From: an uncultured Alphaproteobacteria bacterium
GTDB taxonomy: Bacteria > Pseudomonadota > Alphaproteobacteria > Methylaequorales > Methylaequoraceae
Length of the DNA: 64,000 bases
Direction of reading: 5' to 3'
Assembly (NCBI GenBank): GCA_902569095.1
Contig: CACFSX010000001.1
Location: forward strand, 9,575-73,574
Shown in pieces: positions 38,803-51,281 of this stretch. Under the pieces are notes generated by a model that worked only from the letters and a program-made list of their open reading frames with translations, had not been told where the DNA came from and searched no databases. The stretch's first letter is position 1. Each line of letters begins with the position of its first letter. A program made the position numbers and the translations under genes.

Positions 38803-40782
38803 ATGATTTATGAAATCTTATTACCTCTTCCAATTCAAAAAACTTTTTATTACGAAGTGTCAAGATTTAGTAAAGGACCTAAAACCATTCCAACAGGAAC
38901 ACTTGTTGAGGTTGAGTTTAAAAATAAAGTGATTGTCGGAATTGTTGTCAATTTAATAAAATCAACTTCCTTAAAAAAACCACTAAAACAAATTAATAAA
39001 GTTTTGAATCCTTTCTTTTTTAATACAGAAATTATTGAAAGTATTAATTTTATCTCTCAATACAGCTGTAATAAGGCGTCAATGGTTTTAAAAATGTTCC
39101 TATCCAATTTTCCAAGCAGAACACTTAAAATCCGTTATGAGCCGAGAAAAGTGAATAAGAAATTGGAACAAAAAGAACTAGCGTTAAATTCAAATCAAAG
39201 AGAAGTTGTAAATAAAATAAAAGCTATACCATTCAAAAAATTTAAAGTAATTCTTTTAGAAGGTGTTACAGGTTCTGGTAAAACTAGAGTTTACATGCAT
39301 AAGGTAATAGAAGTAATTAATCAGGGGTACCAATGTTTAATTTTAGTTCCAGAAATAATTCTTACGACTCAATGGGTCGAAGATATAAAAAATGATTTTG
39401 ACATTGATCCAACTGTTTATCATTCATCAATTAGAAAAAAGGAAAGAGAAGAAATTTGGAAAAAAACAAACTTAAGTCAAGAGAAACTAATTATAGGAAC
39501 AAGGTCGGCTCTATTCTTGCCCTTTACTAAACTTGGTTTAATAGTAATTGATGAAGAACATGATAGTTCATACAAGCAAGAGGAACAATTGATTATTAAC
39601 GCCAGAGATTTTTCTATCGTCAGAGCCAAAAATTCAAGTTGCTTGATCATCTTAAGTTCGGCAACGCCCTCATTAGAATCATCGCACAATGTAAAGTTAA
39701 AGAAATATGAATATTTTAAACTTTATAAAAGAGTAAATAATGTTGAACTTCCAAAGTTTAGAATAATTGATATGAAAAAAGAAAATAATATTATTTCAAA
39801 TGAACTTGAAAATTCGATAAGAAAAAATATTGATAGTAATTATCAAACATTGATTTTTATCAATAAAAGAGGGTATTCTCCATTTATAATCTGCAACAAA
39901 TGTGGGCATTCAAGGGTTTGCAATAAGTGTAATACATCTTTGGCACTTCACAACCACCCTAAAAGCAAAAGCTATCTTCTCTGTCATCACTGCAATTATA
40001 GAGAAATATTTGAAAATTCTTGTCAATCTTGTAAGCAAAAAAATACATTTATCTTTCCAGGGCTTGGAATCGAAAAAATTGCAGAAATAATTTCAAAAAA
40101 ATTCCCTTTTGCCAAGAAATGTGTCTTATCAAGTGACATTGTTAACAGTACGTCAAAGTTTCAAAATGCTGTTTCAGACATTGTCTCAAACAAAATTAAC
40201 ATAATTATAGGTACTCAACTTATATCAAAAGGTCATAATTTTCCTTCTTTGAAGACTGTAGGAATCGTTAATATTGATAATTTGATGAATGGTTTCGACT
40301 TTAGGTCTTATGAGAAAACTTTTCAACAAATTGTTCAAGTCGGAGGTAGAGCAGGAAGAAAGAACTTGCAAGGTGAAGTATTTATTCAAACACTCCAACC
40401 TGATCATCCTGTAATCAAACTATGTACAGAAAAAAGTAATGAGTACTTTGTGGATTGGGAACTTTTGTCTAGAAATGAGAACAATCAACCCCCTTTTTCT
40501 AATTATACATCATTAATTTTTTCATCTAGAAAAGAAAAACTAGTTGTTGATTTTTCCAATAAAATATATGAGAAAATCAATGAAAAATTTGAAAATATAG
40601 AAATATTTGGTCCTGCACCAACAATTCTCTATAAAAAAAACTCTTTCTTTAGATACAGAATATTAATAAAAATGAAAAAAAATTTAATTTTGCAAAATAG
40701 AGTAAAGAATTTTTGTATAAAAATAAAATGTCCTAATAACCTAAAATTATATATTGATGTTGATCCAATTAACTTTGTATAA
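38803..40782 (+). CDS. priA: Primosomal protein N' (replication restart helicase PriA)
   Basis: 659 aa. Walker A GVTGSGKT, DEEHD box and a Cys-rich zinc-binding insert (CNKCGHSRVCNKCNTSLALH...CHHCNY...CQSC). Confidence 0.95.
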   Translation: MIYEILLPLPIQKTFYYEVSRFSKGPKTIPTGTLVEVEFKNKVIVGIVVNLIKSTSLKKPLKQINKVLNPFFFNTEIIESINFISQYSCNKASMVLKMFLSNFPSRTLKIRYEPRKVNKKLEQKELALNSNQREVVNKIKAIPFKKFKVILLEGVTGSGKTRVYMHKVIEVINQGYQCLILVPEIILTTQWVEDIKNDFDIDPTVYHSSIRKKEREEIWKKTNLSQEKLIIGTRSALFLPFTKLGLIVIDEEHDSSYKQEEQLIINARDFSIVRAKNSSCLIILSSATPSLESSHNVKLKKYEYFKLYKRVNNVELPKFRIIDMKKENNIISNELENSIRKNIDSNYQTLIFINKRGYSPFIICNKCGHSRVCNKCNTSLALHNHPKSKSYLLCHHCNYREIFENSCQSCKQKNTFIFPGLGIEKIAEIISKKFPFAKKCVLSSDIVNSTSKFQNAVSDIVSNKINIIIGTQLISKGHNFPSLKTVGIVNIDNLMNGFDFRSYEKTFQQIVQVGGRAGRKNLQGEVFIQTLQPDHPVIKLCTEKSNEYFVDWELLSRNENNQPPFSNYTSLIFSSRKEKLVVDFSNKIYEKINEKFENIEIFGPAPTILYKKNSFFRYRILIKMKKNLILQNRVKNFCIKIKCPNNLKLYIDVDPINFV

Positions 40783-40846
40783 TATTTTCAGAGATTGATC
40801 AGAAACTTTTCTTATGCTAATAACAGATTTAATTTAAGAGATAGAT

Positions 40847-41389
40847 TTGACCAAAAAAACTGAAAATATAAATGAAATTTGCAGAAGATACGCTAACGCA
40901 CTTATAATGTCATCAAGTGACAAAAAAGAGCTAAAAATGATCACTCAAAATTTTGACCACTTTAATAAAGTTTTGAAAACCTCAAAGGATTTATCAAGAT
41001 ACATCAAAAACCCTTTAATTAACTCAAAAAAAAAGTCATTGATTTTAAAAAAAATTTGTAAATCATTTGCATATAATCTTATTTTTCAAGGTTTTATAAG
41101 TGTTGTCACAAGGCATGGAAAAATAAATCTACAAGACAAAATTTTAAATGAATACAAAAGAATTATAGACTCGAAAGACGGACTAACTGAAATAATTGTC
41201 ACAACCTCTGAGCCACTGAATAAAGAAGTAGAAAAGAAACTAATAAAACAATTATCAGAATCTCTAAAATTAAAAATAAAACTCACAAAAATAATTGATA
41301 AAGAGATAATAGGGGGAATAATTATTAAAATTAAATCTATAATGATTGATAACTCTATTAAGTCAAAGCTAACAGAATTTGAAATTTAA
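40847..41389 (+). CDS. atpH: F0F1 ATP synthase subunit delta (OSCP)
   Basis: 180 aa, TTG start. The RYANALI N-terminal motif, the IIGG(I/V) C-terminal motif and the position ahead of atpAGDC support the call. Confidence 0.88.
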   Translation: MTKKTENINEICRRYANALIMSSSDKKELKMITQNFDHFNKVLKTSKDLSRYIKNPLINSKKKSLILKKICKSFAYNLIFQGFISVVTRHGKINLQDKILNEYKRIIDSKDGLTEIIVTTSEPLNKEVEKKLIKQLSESLKLKIKLTKIIDKEIIGGIIIKIKSIMIDNSIKSKLTEFEI

Positions 41390-41404
41390 AGAAAGGTAAA
41401 ATTA

Positions 41405-42955
41405 ATGACAATTGACGCATCTGAAATCTCAGCAATATTAAAATCAGAAATTAAAAACTTAGACGACGATCCAACAATTTCTGAAGTTGGAACTGTTTTA
41501 ACGGTAGGAGATGGTATTGCAAGAGTCTATGGTTTAGACAATGTACAAGCAGGAGAAATGGTTGAATTTCCTGGAAAAGTAAGAGGAATGGCACTTAACT
41601 TAGAAGATGATAATGTTGGAGTCGTTATCTTCGGAAGTGATAAGTCCATAAAGGAAGGTGATGTTGTTAAGAGAACAAATTCAATTGTTGAAGTGCCAAC
41701 TGGAAAAGATTTATTAGGTAGAGTTGTAGATGGACTTGGGAATCCCATTGATGGAAAGGGTCCTCTCAAAGATGTGAAGTATAGACGTGCAGAATTAAAA
41801 GCACCTGGTATTATTCCTAGAAAATCAGTTCACGAACCTATGCAAACTGGCATAAAAGCAATAGATAGTCTAATACCAATTGGAAGAGGTCAAAGAGAAT
41901 TGATTATAGGTGATCGTCAAACTGGTAAAACCTCAGTAATTGTAGATACGATAATTAATCAAAAAGAAATTAATAATTCAGACGATGAATCAAAAAAGCT
42001 ATATTGTATTTATGTTTCTATTGGACAAAAACGATCCACTGTTGCACAGATAGTTAAGACACTTGAAGACAACGATTCAATGAAATACTCTATTGTAGTT
42101 GCAGCAACTGCGTCTGATCCTGCGCCACTTCAGTTTCTTGCACCATACACAGGTTGTGCTATGGGTGAATATTTTAGAGATAATGGAATGCATGCTGTGA
42201 TTTTTTACGATGATCTGTCCAAACAAGCTGTGGCTTACAGACAAATGTCTCTCTTACTCAGAAGACCTCCTGGAAGAGAAGCTTTTCCTGGTGATGTATT
42301 TTACATTCATTCGAGATTACTTGAAAGAGCCGCAAAGATGGGAGAAAAAACTGGTTTGGGTTCTTTAACTTCGCTTCCTGTTATTGAAACACAAGCGGGT
42401 GACGTCTCAGCTTACATTCCTACTAACGTTATTTCAATAACTGATGGTCAAATTTTCTTAGAAACTGAATTGTTTTTTAAAGGCATCAGACCTGCAGTGA
42501 ATGTTGGTTTGTCTGTAAGTCGTGTTGGTTCTGCCGCTCAAATAAAAGCAATGAAACAAGTTTCAGGTTCAATCAAACTTGATTTAGCACAATTTAGAGA
42601 AATGGAAGCGTTTTCTCAATTTGCGTCTGACTTAGACCAATCTACAAGAAATCTTCTTGAAAGAGGAAGAAGGTTAACTGAAATTCTTAAACAACCACAA
42701 TACACTCCTTTAAAAGTTGAAGAACAAGTCATTGTAATATTTTCAGGAGTTAAGGGTTATCTTGATAAAATCTCTATAAACGATATAACGAAATTTGAGA
42801 AATATCTTTTGGAAAAGACTCGAAGTGACGGAAAAGAGATATTACAATCACTAAAAAAAGAACAAAGTATTAGCGATCAACTTGAAAGTAAGTTAGGAAC
42901 TTTCATAGAAAATACAGTTAAAACGTTTTTAGAGGAAAATAATGCCCAGTCTTAA
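41405..42955 (+). CDS. atpA: F0F1 ATP synthase subunit alpha
   Basis: 516 aa. Walker [10 protein letters not shown] plus typical alpha-subunit motifs. Confidence 0.98.
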   Translation: MTIDASEISAILKSEIKNLDDDPTISEVGTVLTVGDGIARVYGLDNVQAGEMVEFPGKVRGMALNLEDDNVGVVIFGSDKSIKEGDVVKRTNSIVEVPTGKDLLGRVVDGLGNPIDGKGPLKDVKYRRAELKAPGIIPRKSVHEPMQTGIKAIDSLIPIGRGQRELIIGDRQTGKTSVIVDTIINQKEINNSDDESKKLYCIYVSIGQKRSTVAQIVKTLEDNDSMKYSIVVAATASDPAPLQFLAPYTGCAMGEYFRDNGMHAVIFYDDLSKQAVAYRQMSLLLRRPPGREAFPGDVFYIHSRLLERAAKMGEKTGLGSLTSLPVIETQAGDVSAYIPTNVISITDGQIFLETELFFKGIRPAVNVGLSVSRVGSAAQIKAMKQVSGSIKLDLAQFREMEAFSQFASDLDQSTRNLLERGRRLTEILKQPQYTPLKVEEQVIVIFSGVKGYLDKISINDITKFEKYLLEKTRSDGKEILQSLKKEQSISDQLESKLGTFIENTVKTFLEENNAQS

Positions 42956-43817
42956 AGATCTTAGAAATAGAATATCAAGTGTCAAATCAACCAAAAAAAT
43001 AACTTCTGCAATGAAGATGGTAGCGGCAGCAAAACTAAAGAGAGCGCAGGATAATGCTGAGAAAACAAGACCATATGCCAGAAAAATGAGTGAAATTGTA
43101 AATTCTTTAGTTGAAAGTAACAAATCCAAAGAATTTAAATATTCAGAAAAAAAAATGAATAAGGCCAAAAATACTCTTCTAATAGTTTGCTCTGCTGACA
43201 GAGGATTATGCGGAGGATTCAATGGTTCAATAATAAAATATACTAAAAGATTGTCAGAAAAAATTATTAACAATGGGGGGCATGTCAGCTATATATTTGT
43301 GGGGAAGAAAGCACACCAATCTCTTCAAAGGGATTGTGGTGAATTTATTCTAGACTTCTTCTCAGATATTGCCAATCCCTCAATAAAATTTGAATTAGCT
43401 AGCTCGATAAGGGATAAAATATTGGAGCTTTTTCTTAACAATTCAATGCATGAATGTCATCTTATATATACCGAATTTAAAAGTGCCATTGCCCAAACAG
43501 TTAGATCTCTACAACTTCTTCCATTAAATTCTTTAGAAAAAAAAACTGAAGATACTTTAAATAAATCTTATGATTTTGAACCAAGTGAGGAAGAAATCTT
43601 AAATGAAATTATTCCCAAAAACATTGCAATACAAATACACACGGCCCTTCTTGAAAATTTAGCGAGTGAGCAAGGATCGAGGATGACAGCAATGGACAAT
43701 GCAACAAGAAACGCAAATGATATGATCGACAATTTAACTCTATTTTATAATAGATCTAGACAAGCTCTTATTACTAAAGAGTTGATTGAAATAATTTCTG
43801 GAGCAGAAGCAGTTTAA
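42942..43817 (+). CDS. atpG: F0F1 ATP synthase subunit gamma
   Basis: 291 aa. [33 protein letters not shown]-terminus and [15 protein letters not shown]-terminus. 14-nt overlap with atpA. Confidence 0.97.
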   Translation: MPSLKDLRNRISSVKSTKKITSAMKMVAAAKLKRAQDNAEKTRPYARKMSEIVNSLVESNKSKEFKYSEKKMNKAKNTLLIVCSADRGLCGGFNGSIIKYTKRLSEKIINNGGHVSYIFVGKKAHQSLQRDCGEFILDFFSDIANPSIKFELASSIRDKILELFLNNSMHECHLIYTEFKSAIAQTVRSLQLLPLNSLEKKTEDTLNKSYDFEPSEEEILNEIIPKNIAIQIHTALLENLASEQGSRMTAMDNATRNANDMIDNLTLFYNRSRQALITKELIEIISGAEAV

Positions 43818-43826
43818 CAATATTAA

Positions 43827-45251
<1,425 letters not shown>

Positions 45252-45255
45252 CATA

Positions 45256-45618
45256 ATGAAACAATTTAAACTTGAAATAATCTCGCCAAATAAAATTGTC
45301 TTTGAAAAAGAGATCGATCTTGCAATTTTTCCTGGAAGCGAGGGTGACTTTGGTGTTCTTAAGAATCATATGCCATTTCTCACGTCTTTAAGAGTTGGAA
45401 TTATCTACATTTATCTTGATAAAAAACTGATTGAAACTTTTTTAGTAACGGGTGGAATAATTGAGGTTTCACAAAATCAATGTACACTGTTGACTGAAGA
45501 AGTCACCAATACTAATGCAACAAGCTCAAAAACCAAAACTGACGAAGAATTGAGTAAGGCAGAGAAAGATTTGAAAAAACTGAAAGAAAAAGCGCTAGAA
45601 AAACTTTATTATACTTGA
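45256..45618 (+). CDS. atpC: F0F1 ATP synthase subunit epsilon
   Basis: 120 aa. Beta-sandwich N-domain (LEIISPNKIVFEKEIDLAIFPGSEGDFGVLKNHMPFLTSL) and the position after atpD support the call. Confidence 0.92.
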   Translation: MKQFKLEIISPNKIVFEKEIDLAIFPGSEGDFGVLKNHMPFLTSLRVGIIYIYLDKKLIETFLVTGGIIEVSQNQCTLLTEEVTNTNATSSKTKTDEELSKAEKDLKKLKEKALEKLYYT

Positions 45619-46079
45619 TAATGTTTTTTAAAATTTTTAAGTATTTTTTTGTAAAGTGCTCTTTTAAATGGAACAACTAAATCTAAGCACTTATTAGGAT
45701 CTATCCATTTCCAGTCACAAAATTCTGGTTTTATGAAATTGCTAATATTTATTTCATTATCATTACCAAAAAAACGACAAGCAAACCAAATTTGTTTTTG
45801 CCCAATATATTTGCCATTCCACACTACACTAACTAGGTCTGGAGGAAGTTTATATTCAAGCCAGTTTTTTGTTCTACTTATTATTTTATAATTCTCCTGT
45901 AAACCGGTTTCCTCCATTAATTCTCTTTTCATTGCATTTTCAGGTGATTCAAATTCGTCTATACCACCTTGTGGCATTTGCCAGTATTCATTTTTATAAT
46001 CAAATCTCCTCCCTAGCCAAAGTTGATTTTTTTTATTTATGAGAAAAATACCAATACCTTTGCGATATTTTTGTTTCAT
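45609..46079 (-). CDS. rppH: RNA pyrophosphohydrolase (Nudix hydrolase RppH)
   Basis: 156 aa. WQMPQGGIDEFESPENAMKRELMEETGL Nudix box and an RppH-type N-terminus (YRKGIGIFLINKKNQLWLGRR). Confidence 0.88.
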   Translation of the reverse strand: MKQKYRKGIGIFLINKKNQLWLGRRFDYKNEYWQMPQGGIDEFESPENAMKRELMEETGLQENYKIISRTKNWLEYKLPPDLVSVVWNGKYIGQKQIWFACRFFGNDNEINISNFIKPEFCDWKWIDPNKCLDLVVPFKRALYKKILKNFKKHYQV

Positions 46080-46093
46080 GGAATTATAAAAAA

Positions 46094-47347
46094 TTAGTTC
46101 GCAGATTTCTTATTAATTAAGTTTATAGCAAGTATCAAATCAAAGGCTCGGGTAAGTTGGTAATCATCAACCTTATCTTCATTATTTTTGGACGTGGATG
46201 TTTCTTCAGTTTTATTCGAATTTTCTTGATCATTTTCTATTGCGCCTCGAAGATCCGACTCTTTTCTACTTGAAGCATCATCGACTTTTGTAAGTTCAGC
46301 TTGTTCAACTAAAATATCAGGGTCAATTCCTGTTTTCTGAATTGATCTTCCTAGAGGTGTGTAATATTTTGCAGTGGTCAATTTTAATGCAACATCTTCT
46401 CCTGAGGGTATAATAGTCTGGACAGATCCTTTACCAAAAGATTTTGTACCCATAATAATTGCCCTTTTATGATCTTGAAGTGCTCCAGCAACAATTTCAG
46501 ATGCAGAGGCGCTTCCTTGATTTATTAAAACTATTAAAGGCAAACCTCTAGTGAGATCACTCTTTACAGCATTGTATCGACTACCTTGCTTTCCATTCCT
46601 GCCTCTAGTCGAAACTATCTCCCCTTTTTCCAGAAATATATCTGTAACATTTACTGCTTGATCTAACAGACCACCTGGATTATTTCGAAGATCTAAAACA
46701 TAGCCTATAAGTTTCTCTTTTTTAAAACTTTTAATTGAATCTATTATTTGTCTATCAACCTTTTGATTAAAAGAAGATACTCTTATATATCCTATATTAT
46801 TTTCTACTCTAGCTTTAACAGCCTTTAATTGAATAATTGCTCTAGTGATAAAAATTTGAAGATTTTCATTTTCATTTCTATTAATTGTAAGTTTTATTTT
46901 AGATCCAACTTTTCCTCTCATTATTGTTACTGCCTCAGACAAGGTCATACCTAAAACAGGCTCATCATCTAAGTGTGTTATCAAGTCTCCAGATTTGATT
47001 CCTGCTTTGTCCGCAGGAGTATCGTCAATTGGCGCAATCACCTTTACGAAGCCATTCTCAAGTGTTACTTCAATTCCTAATCCACCAAATTCTCCTTTTG
47101 TCTGTACTTTCAACTCATTAAGTTCATCATAATTTAGATAAGTTGAATGAGGGTCTAAAGAACTTAACATCCCTTCAATTGCCGATTCGATCAAATCCTT
47201 TGATGTTACTTCTTCAACGTAGTTATTTTTTATTTTCTCAAATGCCTCCCCAAAGAGATTGAGAAATTTATAAACATCTTTATCCTCCTCCGCTTTCATG
47301 GAAAGCGGGAGGATTAAAAGTGTTAAAAATATAAATAAATTCTTCAT
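46094..47347 (-). CDS. ctpA: Carboxy-terminal processing protease (S41 family)
   Basis: 417 aa with a signal peptide, a PDZ domain (PADKAGIKSGDLI) and S41 catalytic motifs (GSASASEIVAGAL, TKSFGKGSVQ). Confidence 0.92.
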   Translation of the reverse strand: MKNLFIFLTLLILPLSMKAEEDKDVYKFLNLFGEAFEKIKNNYVEEVTSKDLIESAIEGMLSSLDPHSTYLNYDELNELKVQTKGEFGGLGIEVTLENGFVKVIAPIDDTPADKAGIKSGDLITHLDDEPVLGMTLSEAVTIMRGKVGSKIKLTINRNENENLQIFITRAIIQLKAVKARVENNIGYIRVSSFNQKVDRQIIDSIKSFKKEKLIGYVLDLRNNPGGLLDQAVNVTDIFLEKGEIVSTRGRNGKQGSRYNAVKSDLTRGLPLIVLINQGSASASEIVAGALQDHKRAIIMGTKSFGKGSVQTIIPSGEDVALKLTTAKYYTPLGRSIQKTGIDPDILVEQAELTKVDDASSRKESDLRGAIENDQENSNKTEETSTSKNNEDKVDDYQLTRAFDLILAINLINKKSAN

Positions 47348-47379
47348 AATTATAATATAGTGTTGATTATGCAGTTTTT

Positions 47380-48393
47380 TTACAAAATCTCAACTTTTGA
47401 TTTTGGATCAACTATTTTACCATTTTCTCTTAACTCAAAATACAGCTGACTTTGCAATGTTGAGGAAATTTTGGCAATCGGCTCTCCTACCAAAACTTCG
47501 TTACCAGTTGAAATTAACAAATTCCTCATACCTATTAAAACTGAAGTAAATCCTTTATTATCTTTTATCATAACTAAATTTCCAAAACTTTTAAACTTAT
47601 TGGCGTATACAACAGTACCATCCATTGGCGATGTGACAAATGAATCTTCTTTAACCTTGAAAACTAAACCATTTTTTAGCTTATGTTGATCTTTCCCTTC
47701 GCCATAATCTGAGATTAATTCACCTGAGACTGGCATTTTAATCCTTGATTTTATTTTGGAAATAATTTTTCTTTTTGTTTGTGCCGATTTTACTAAGTCA
47801 TTCAAATTTTTAGCTTGTTTACGGAGGTCTTTAGCTTTTTGTTTTAGAGCAGTATTAGTTTTCACTTTTTTTTGCACTTTAGCTACTTCTTTAATTTTTT
47901 TTTCAAGCATCAATAATTTTTTTTTAAGGTCTTTCTTTTTGGTTTTGTAATTTTCTAATTCTAAAGCTAATTCATCATCTATAGACTTCAAATTTTCTAA
48001 GTTCAAGAAATACTCATTAATTCCACTTTTAACGTCTTTTAAAAAAAATTCTCTCATAATCTGCTTTGTGATTAATTCTTTTGAAGAATTGTTAAGATTC
48101 CTTACTATACGAGTAAATTGATTAGTGTAAAATTTATCTTGCAATAAAAAAATTATTCTTCTTCCCAACAAATCTTTATCTTTGATGTATCTATTTAGAA
48201 TAATTTTTTTCTGTGTATTTTTATCTAAATCAATTTTTATTTTTTTTAATTCTTCATTATTAGTCAAAATTTCATTATGGATCTTAACTGTTTGTTGTTT
48301 TAAATTATTTAATTTAACCTTCAAATTTTGATTTTTAGCGATACAATCGGAGGAATTCAAAAATAATAAAATAATTATTAAAATCTTCATCAT
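47380..48393 (-). CDS. EnvC-like murein hydrolase activator (coiled coil plus degenerate LytM/M23 domain)
   Basis: 337 aa with a signal peptide, a long K/E/L-rich coiled coil and a C-terminal LytM fold. The usual HLHFE metal-ligand motif reads QLYFELR, as in non-catalytic EnvC-type proteins. Confidence 0.8.
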   Translation of the reverse strand: MMKILIIILLFLNSSDCIAKNQNLKVKLNNLKQQTVKIHNEILTNNEELKKIKIDLDKNTQKKIILNRYIKDKDLLGRRIIFLLQDKFYTNQFTRIVRNLNNSSKELITKQIMREFFLKDVKSGINEYFLNLENLKSIDDELALELENYKTKKKDLKKKLLMLEKKIKEVAKVQKKVKTNTALKQKAKDLRKQAKNLNDLVKSAQTKRKIISKIKSRIKMPVSGELISDYGEGKDQHKLKNGLVFKVKEDSFVTSPMDGTVVYANKFKSFGNLVMIKDNKGFTSVLIGMRNLLISTGNEVLVGEPIAKISSTLQSQLYFELRENGKIVDPKSKVEIL

Positions 48394-49895
48394 TTAATAA
48401 GTGGTTTTCCTTTCATTTCATATGGAATTTCAAGACCCAACAACTTCAATATAGTTGGAGCAATATCAGCAAGTTTACCGATTTTAACCGAATAATTAAT
48501 TTTTTCACAAACGATAAAAGGAACCAAATTTAGTGAGTGAGTTGTACAAATCATTTTTTTATTCTTGTCGAACATATTTTCAGCATTGCCATGGTCTGAA
48601 GTAAGAATAAGAGAATATCCATTGTTTTTACATTCATTGTAAATAACTCCAATACATTTATCAACGGATTCTATTGCTTTTACAGTTGCCGCAATATTAC
48701 CCGTGTGTCCAACCATATCTGGATTTGCAAAATTTGTAACAATTAAATCGTATTTTTTTTTTTTAAGATTTTCCACTACTTGATCTTTTACTTCAAAGGC
48801 AGACATTTCTGGTTTCAAATCGTATGTTTTTACTCTTGGTGATGGAATTAAAACTCTATCCTCGCCATTAAATTTTTCTTCAACTCCACCATTGAGAAAA
48901 TATGTTACATGAGCATATTTTTCAGTCTCAGCAACCCTTAACTGCTTTAACCCACAACAAGAAACAACTTCTCCTAATGTTTTTTTAATTTGAATTGATT
49001 CAAAGATTGGTCTAATTTTTCTTTTCAATCTTTTCGAATATTCAACCATACTTATTGGATTAAAAAACTTAGGTCTTTTTTTTCTTTTAAAATAATCAAA
49101 GTCATCATCAAATATTGAAGAAAGAATTTCTCTTACTCTATCCGCTCTATAATTTGTTATAAAGAATCCGTCTCCGTCTTTAGCTCCATTGTACCCATTG
49201 AAATTTGTTGGTTCAAAAAATTCGTCTGTAATATGTTTTTCATAGCTATCTTTTATTGCAGATAGATAATCTCTCTTTTTAGGACAGGAACCCTCTACTA
49301 TAGCTTGATAAGCCTTCTCGATTCTTTCCCATCTGTTATCTCTATCCATAGCAAAAAAACGGCCAGAAATACTCGCAATCTTAATATTTTTTCTTTTTCC
49401 TATTTTCTTTATTAATACTCGTAAATTTTCCTTACCACCAAGTGGAGAGCTATCTCTTCCATCTAAAATACAATGAATGAAAATATTTGCTTTATTTTTG
49501 TTTAGAATTTCAATTAGATCAAAAAGATGATCTTGATGACCATGAACACCTCCCTCCGAAATCAAACCGACAATGTGGATCCTTTTACACTTTTCTAAGA
49601 CCTCTGTTATAGCAGATTTCTTTTTTATCTCGTTATTGACGAATGATTCTGAAATTCTCATCACATCTTGAAGAATTACTCTTCCGGCTCCAATATTTGT
49701 GTGTCCAACTTCAGAATTCCCAAACTGACCGGTGGGCAAACCCACATCATTTTCTGAAGCCTTTAATTTCAAGAACCCATATTTTTTTGTTAAATGGTCA
49801 AAATTCTTTTTTTTTGCAAGATAAACAGCATTATAAGAATCATTCTTCCCTAATCCCCAACCGTCTAAGATGCAAATTAATACTTTTTTTCTCAT
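48390..49895 (-). CDS. gpmI: 2,3-bisphosphoglycerate-independent phosphoglycerate mutase
   Basis: 501 aa. Motifs ILDGWGLG, NSEVGHTNIGAGR, DMVGHTG and TSDHGNAE. Confidence 0.96.
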   Translation of the reverse strand: MRKKVLICILDGWGLGKNDSYNAVYLAKKKNFDHLTKKYGFLKLKASENDVGLPTGQFGNSEVGHTNIGAGRVILQDVMRISESFVNNEIKKKSAITEVLEKCKRIHIVGLISEGGVHGHQDHLFDLIEILNKNKANIFIHCILDGRDSSPLGGKENLRVLIKKIGKRKNIKIASISGRFFAMDRDNRWERIEKAYQAIVEGSCPKKRDYLSAIKDSYEKHITDEFFEPTNFNGYNGAKDGDGFFITNYRADRVREILSSIFDDDFDYFKRKKRPKFFNPISMVEYSKRLKRKIRPIFESIQIKKTLGEVVSCCGLKQLRVAETEKYAHVTYFLNGGVEEKFNGEDRVLIPSPRVKTYDLKPEMSAFEVKDQVVENLKKKKYDLIVTNFANPDMVGHTGNIAATVKAIESVDKCIGVIYNECKNNGYSLILTSDHGNAENMFDKNKKMICTTHSLNLVPFIVCEKINYSVKIGKLADIAPTILKLLGLEIPYEMKGKPLIK

Positions 49896-49902
49896 TGTAT
49901 AA

Positions 49903-50355
49903 TTACTTGTGGTATCGAGAATTTTTTATAATCTCCAAACCTCTGTATATTTGTTCAATTAACATGACTCTAACAAGAAGATGAGGCCACGTTTGGTTGC
50001 CAAATGAAATTGTTAAAAATGAATCCTTAAAAAAATTATCAAGACCCTCCTCACTCCCAATAATAAAACTGAGCTTTCTACAACCGGAATTTATTTTATT
50101 GTTTAAAAAATCAGCAAAACTTAAACTTGACAAATTTTTTCCACTTTTATCAAGAACGAAAACATTTTCATGGTCGTGATTTTTAAGAAACTTAAGAATT
50201 TCTTTTTTTTCTAATTCTTTCTTTTTATTTGTGTTATGAGTTTTTAACTCTACCAAAAAAGTTTTAAACTTAATTCTTTTTCTGTAATACTCAAAAATAC
50301 TCTTATATTTTTGATTTTCTTTAAACTTACCTAAAGACAATATATTTATTATCAT
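49903..50355 (-). CDS. rlmH: 23S rRNA (pseudouridine1915-N3)-methyltransferase RlmH
   Basis: SPOUT fold. MIINILSLGKFKEN start at the Met at 50355 (the ORF track extends to 50403 inside rsfS). Conserved C-terminus FIIGSEEGL...LSFGNQTWPH...R..L.EQIYR. Confidence 0.9.
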   Translation of the reverse strand: MIINILSLGKFKENQKYKSIFEYYRKRIKFKTFLVELKTHNTNKKKELEKKEILKFLKNHDHENVFVLDKSGKNLSSLSFADFLNNKINSGCRKLSFIIGSEEGLDNFFKDSFLTISFGNQTWPHLLVRVMLIEQIYRGLEIIKNSRYHK

Positions 50356-50357
50356 CT

Positions 50358-50714
50358 TTATCCAAATCCAAATTTTTCGTCTTGCAGATCGTTGTTTTTC
50401 CAAATTTTTTCAAGTGAATAATGTTCTCTTGTTTCTGGTTTAAAAACATTCAAGATAATATCTCCAAAATCGACTATTAACCAATCAGTGGATTTAAGGC
50501 CTTCGGTGGATAGAATATGATTCTTGTTTAATTTTACAATATTGGCGACTATAGAATTTAAATGTCTTGAAGATGTCCCACTCACAATAACCATATAATC
50601 TCCAAGGGCACTTCTATTTTTTATATTTATAATTTGTATATCCTTAGCTTTAACATCCTCAAGATCTTTGATGATCTTTTTAAGCAAATTGTCAACTTCC
50701 ACATTTACTTTCAT
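50358..50714 (-). CDS. rsfS: Ribosome silencing factor RsfS
   Basis: 118 aa. Motifs DYMVIVSGTSSRHLNSI, WLIVDFGDIILNVF and REHYSLE(K)IW. Confidence 0.92.
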   Translation of the reverse strand: MKVNVEVDNLLKKIIKDLEDVKAKDIQIINIKNRSALGDYMVIVSGTSSRHLNSIVANIVKLNKNHILSTEGLKSTDWLIVDFGDIILNVFKPETREHYSLEKIWKNNDLQDEKFGFG

Positions 50715-51280
50715 TCAGAATTTCTTATGTTTGAGGAGGATAAATGATTTTTCAAACCACTAATAAATGTCCAACATGGAGGTGAAATTAATCGGGATTT
50801 TGCCAAAAGAATATTCTTGATCCTTGCCTTCCTAAAAAAAAACAATGCTTTACTTTTTGTAATATTTAAAGAGTAAGGCGGTCTGTCAAAAATTGCAATG
50901 GGAATATTATAAAATATTTTTTTCCATCTCTTCCATTCGTGAAGTTTCTTAAGATTATCAGTTCCCATGAGCCAAATAAAGTTTTTGTGCTTAAATTTAT
51001 TCTTTATGTATAAGATTGTATCAATTGCATATATGTTTTTGTCCTCTCTGATCTCTAAAATTTTTATTCTTCTAAATTTCATAAAGCTTTGTACCTGCTT
51101 AATTCTTTTGTCATAACTATTACTTTTTATTTTAAACGGATTTTTATGTGTAACAACCCACCACACCTCGTGCAAATTTAACCTCATCAATGCGTATTGA
51201 CTTATAAACTTGTGTCCATCATGAGGAGGATCAAAGGATCCACCAAGAATTCCAATCTTTTTATCAGAAGATTTGTTCAA
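50711..51280 (-). CDS. nadD: Nicotinate-nucleotide adenylyltransferase
   Basis: 189 aa. GILGGSFDPPHDGH nucleotidyltransferase motif and a C-terminal SSSNIR motif. Confidence 0.9.
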   Translation of the reverse strand: MNKSSDKKIGILGGSFDPPHDGHKFISQYALMRLNLHEVWWVVTHKNPFKIKSNSYDKRIKQVQSFMKFRRIKILEIREDKNIYAIDTILYIKNKFKHKNFIWLMGTDNLKKLHEWKRWKKIFYNIPIAIFDRPPYSLNITKSKALFFFRKARIKNILLAKSRLISPPCWTFISGLKNHLSSSNIRNSE

Positions 51281-51281
51281 A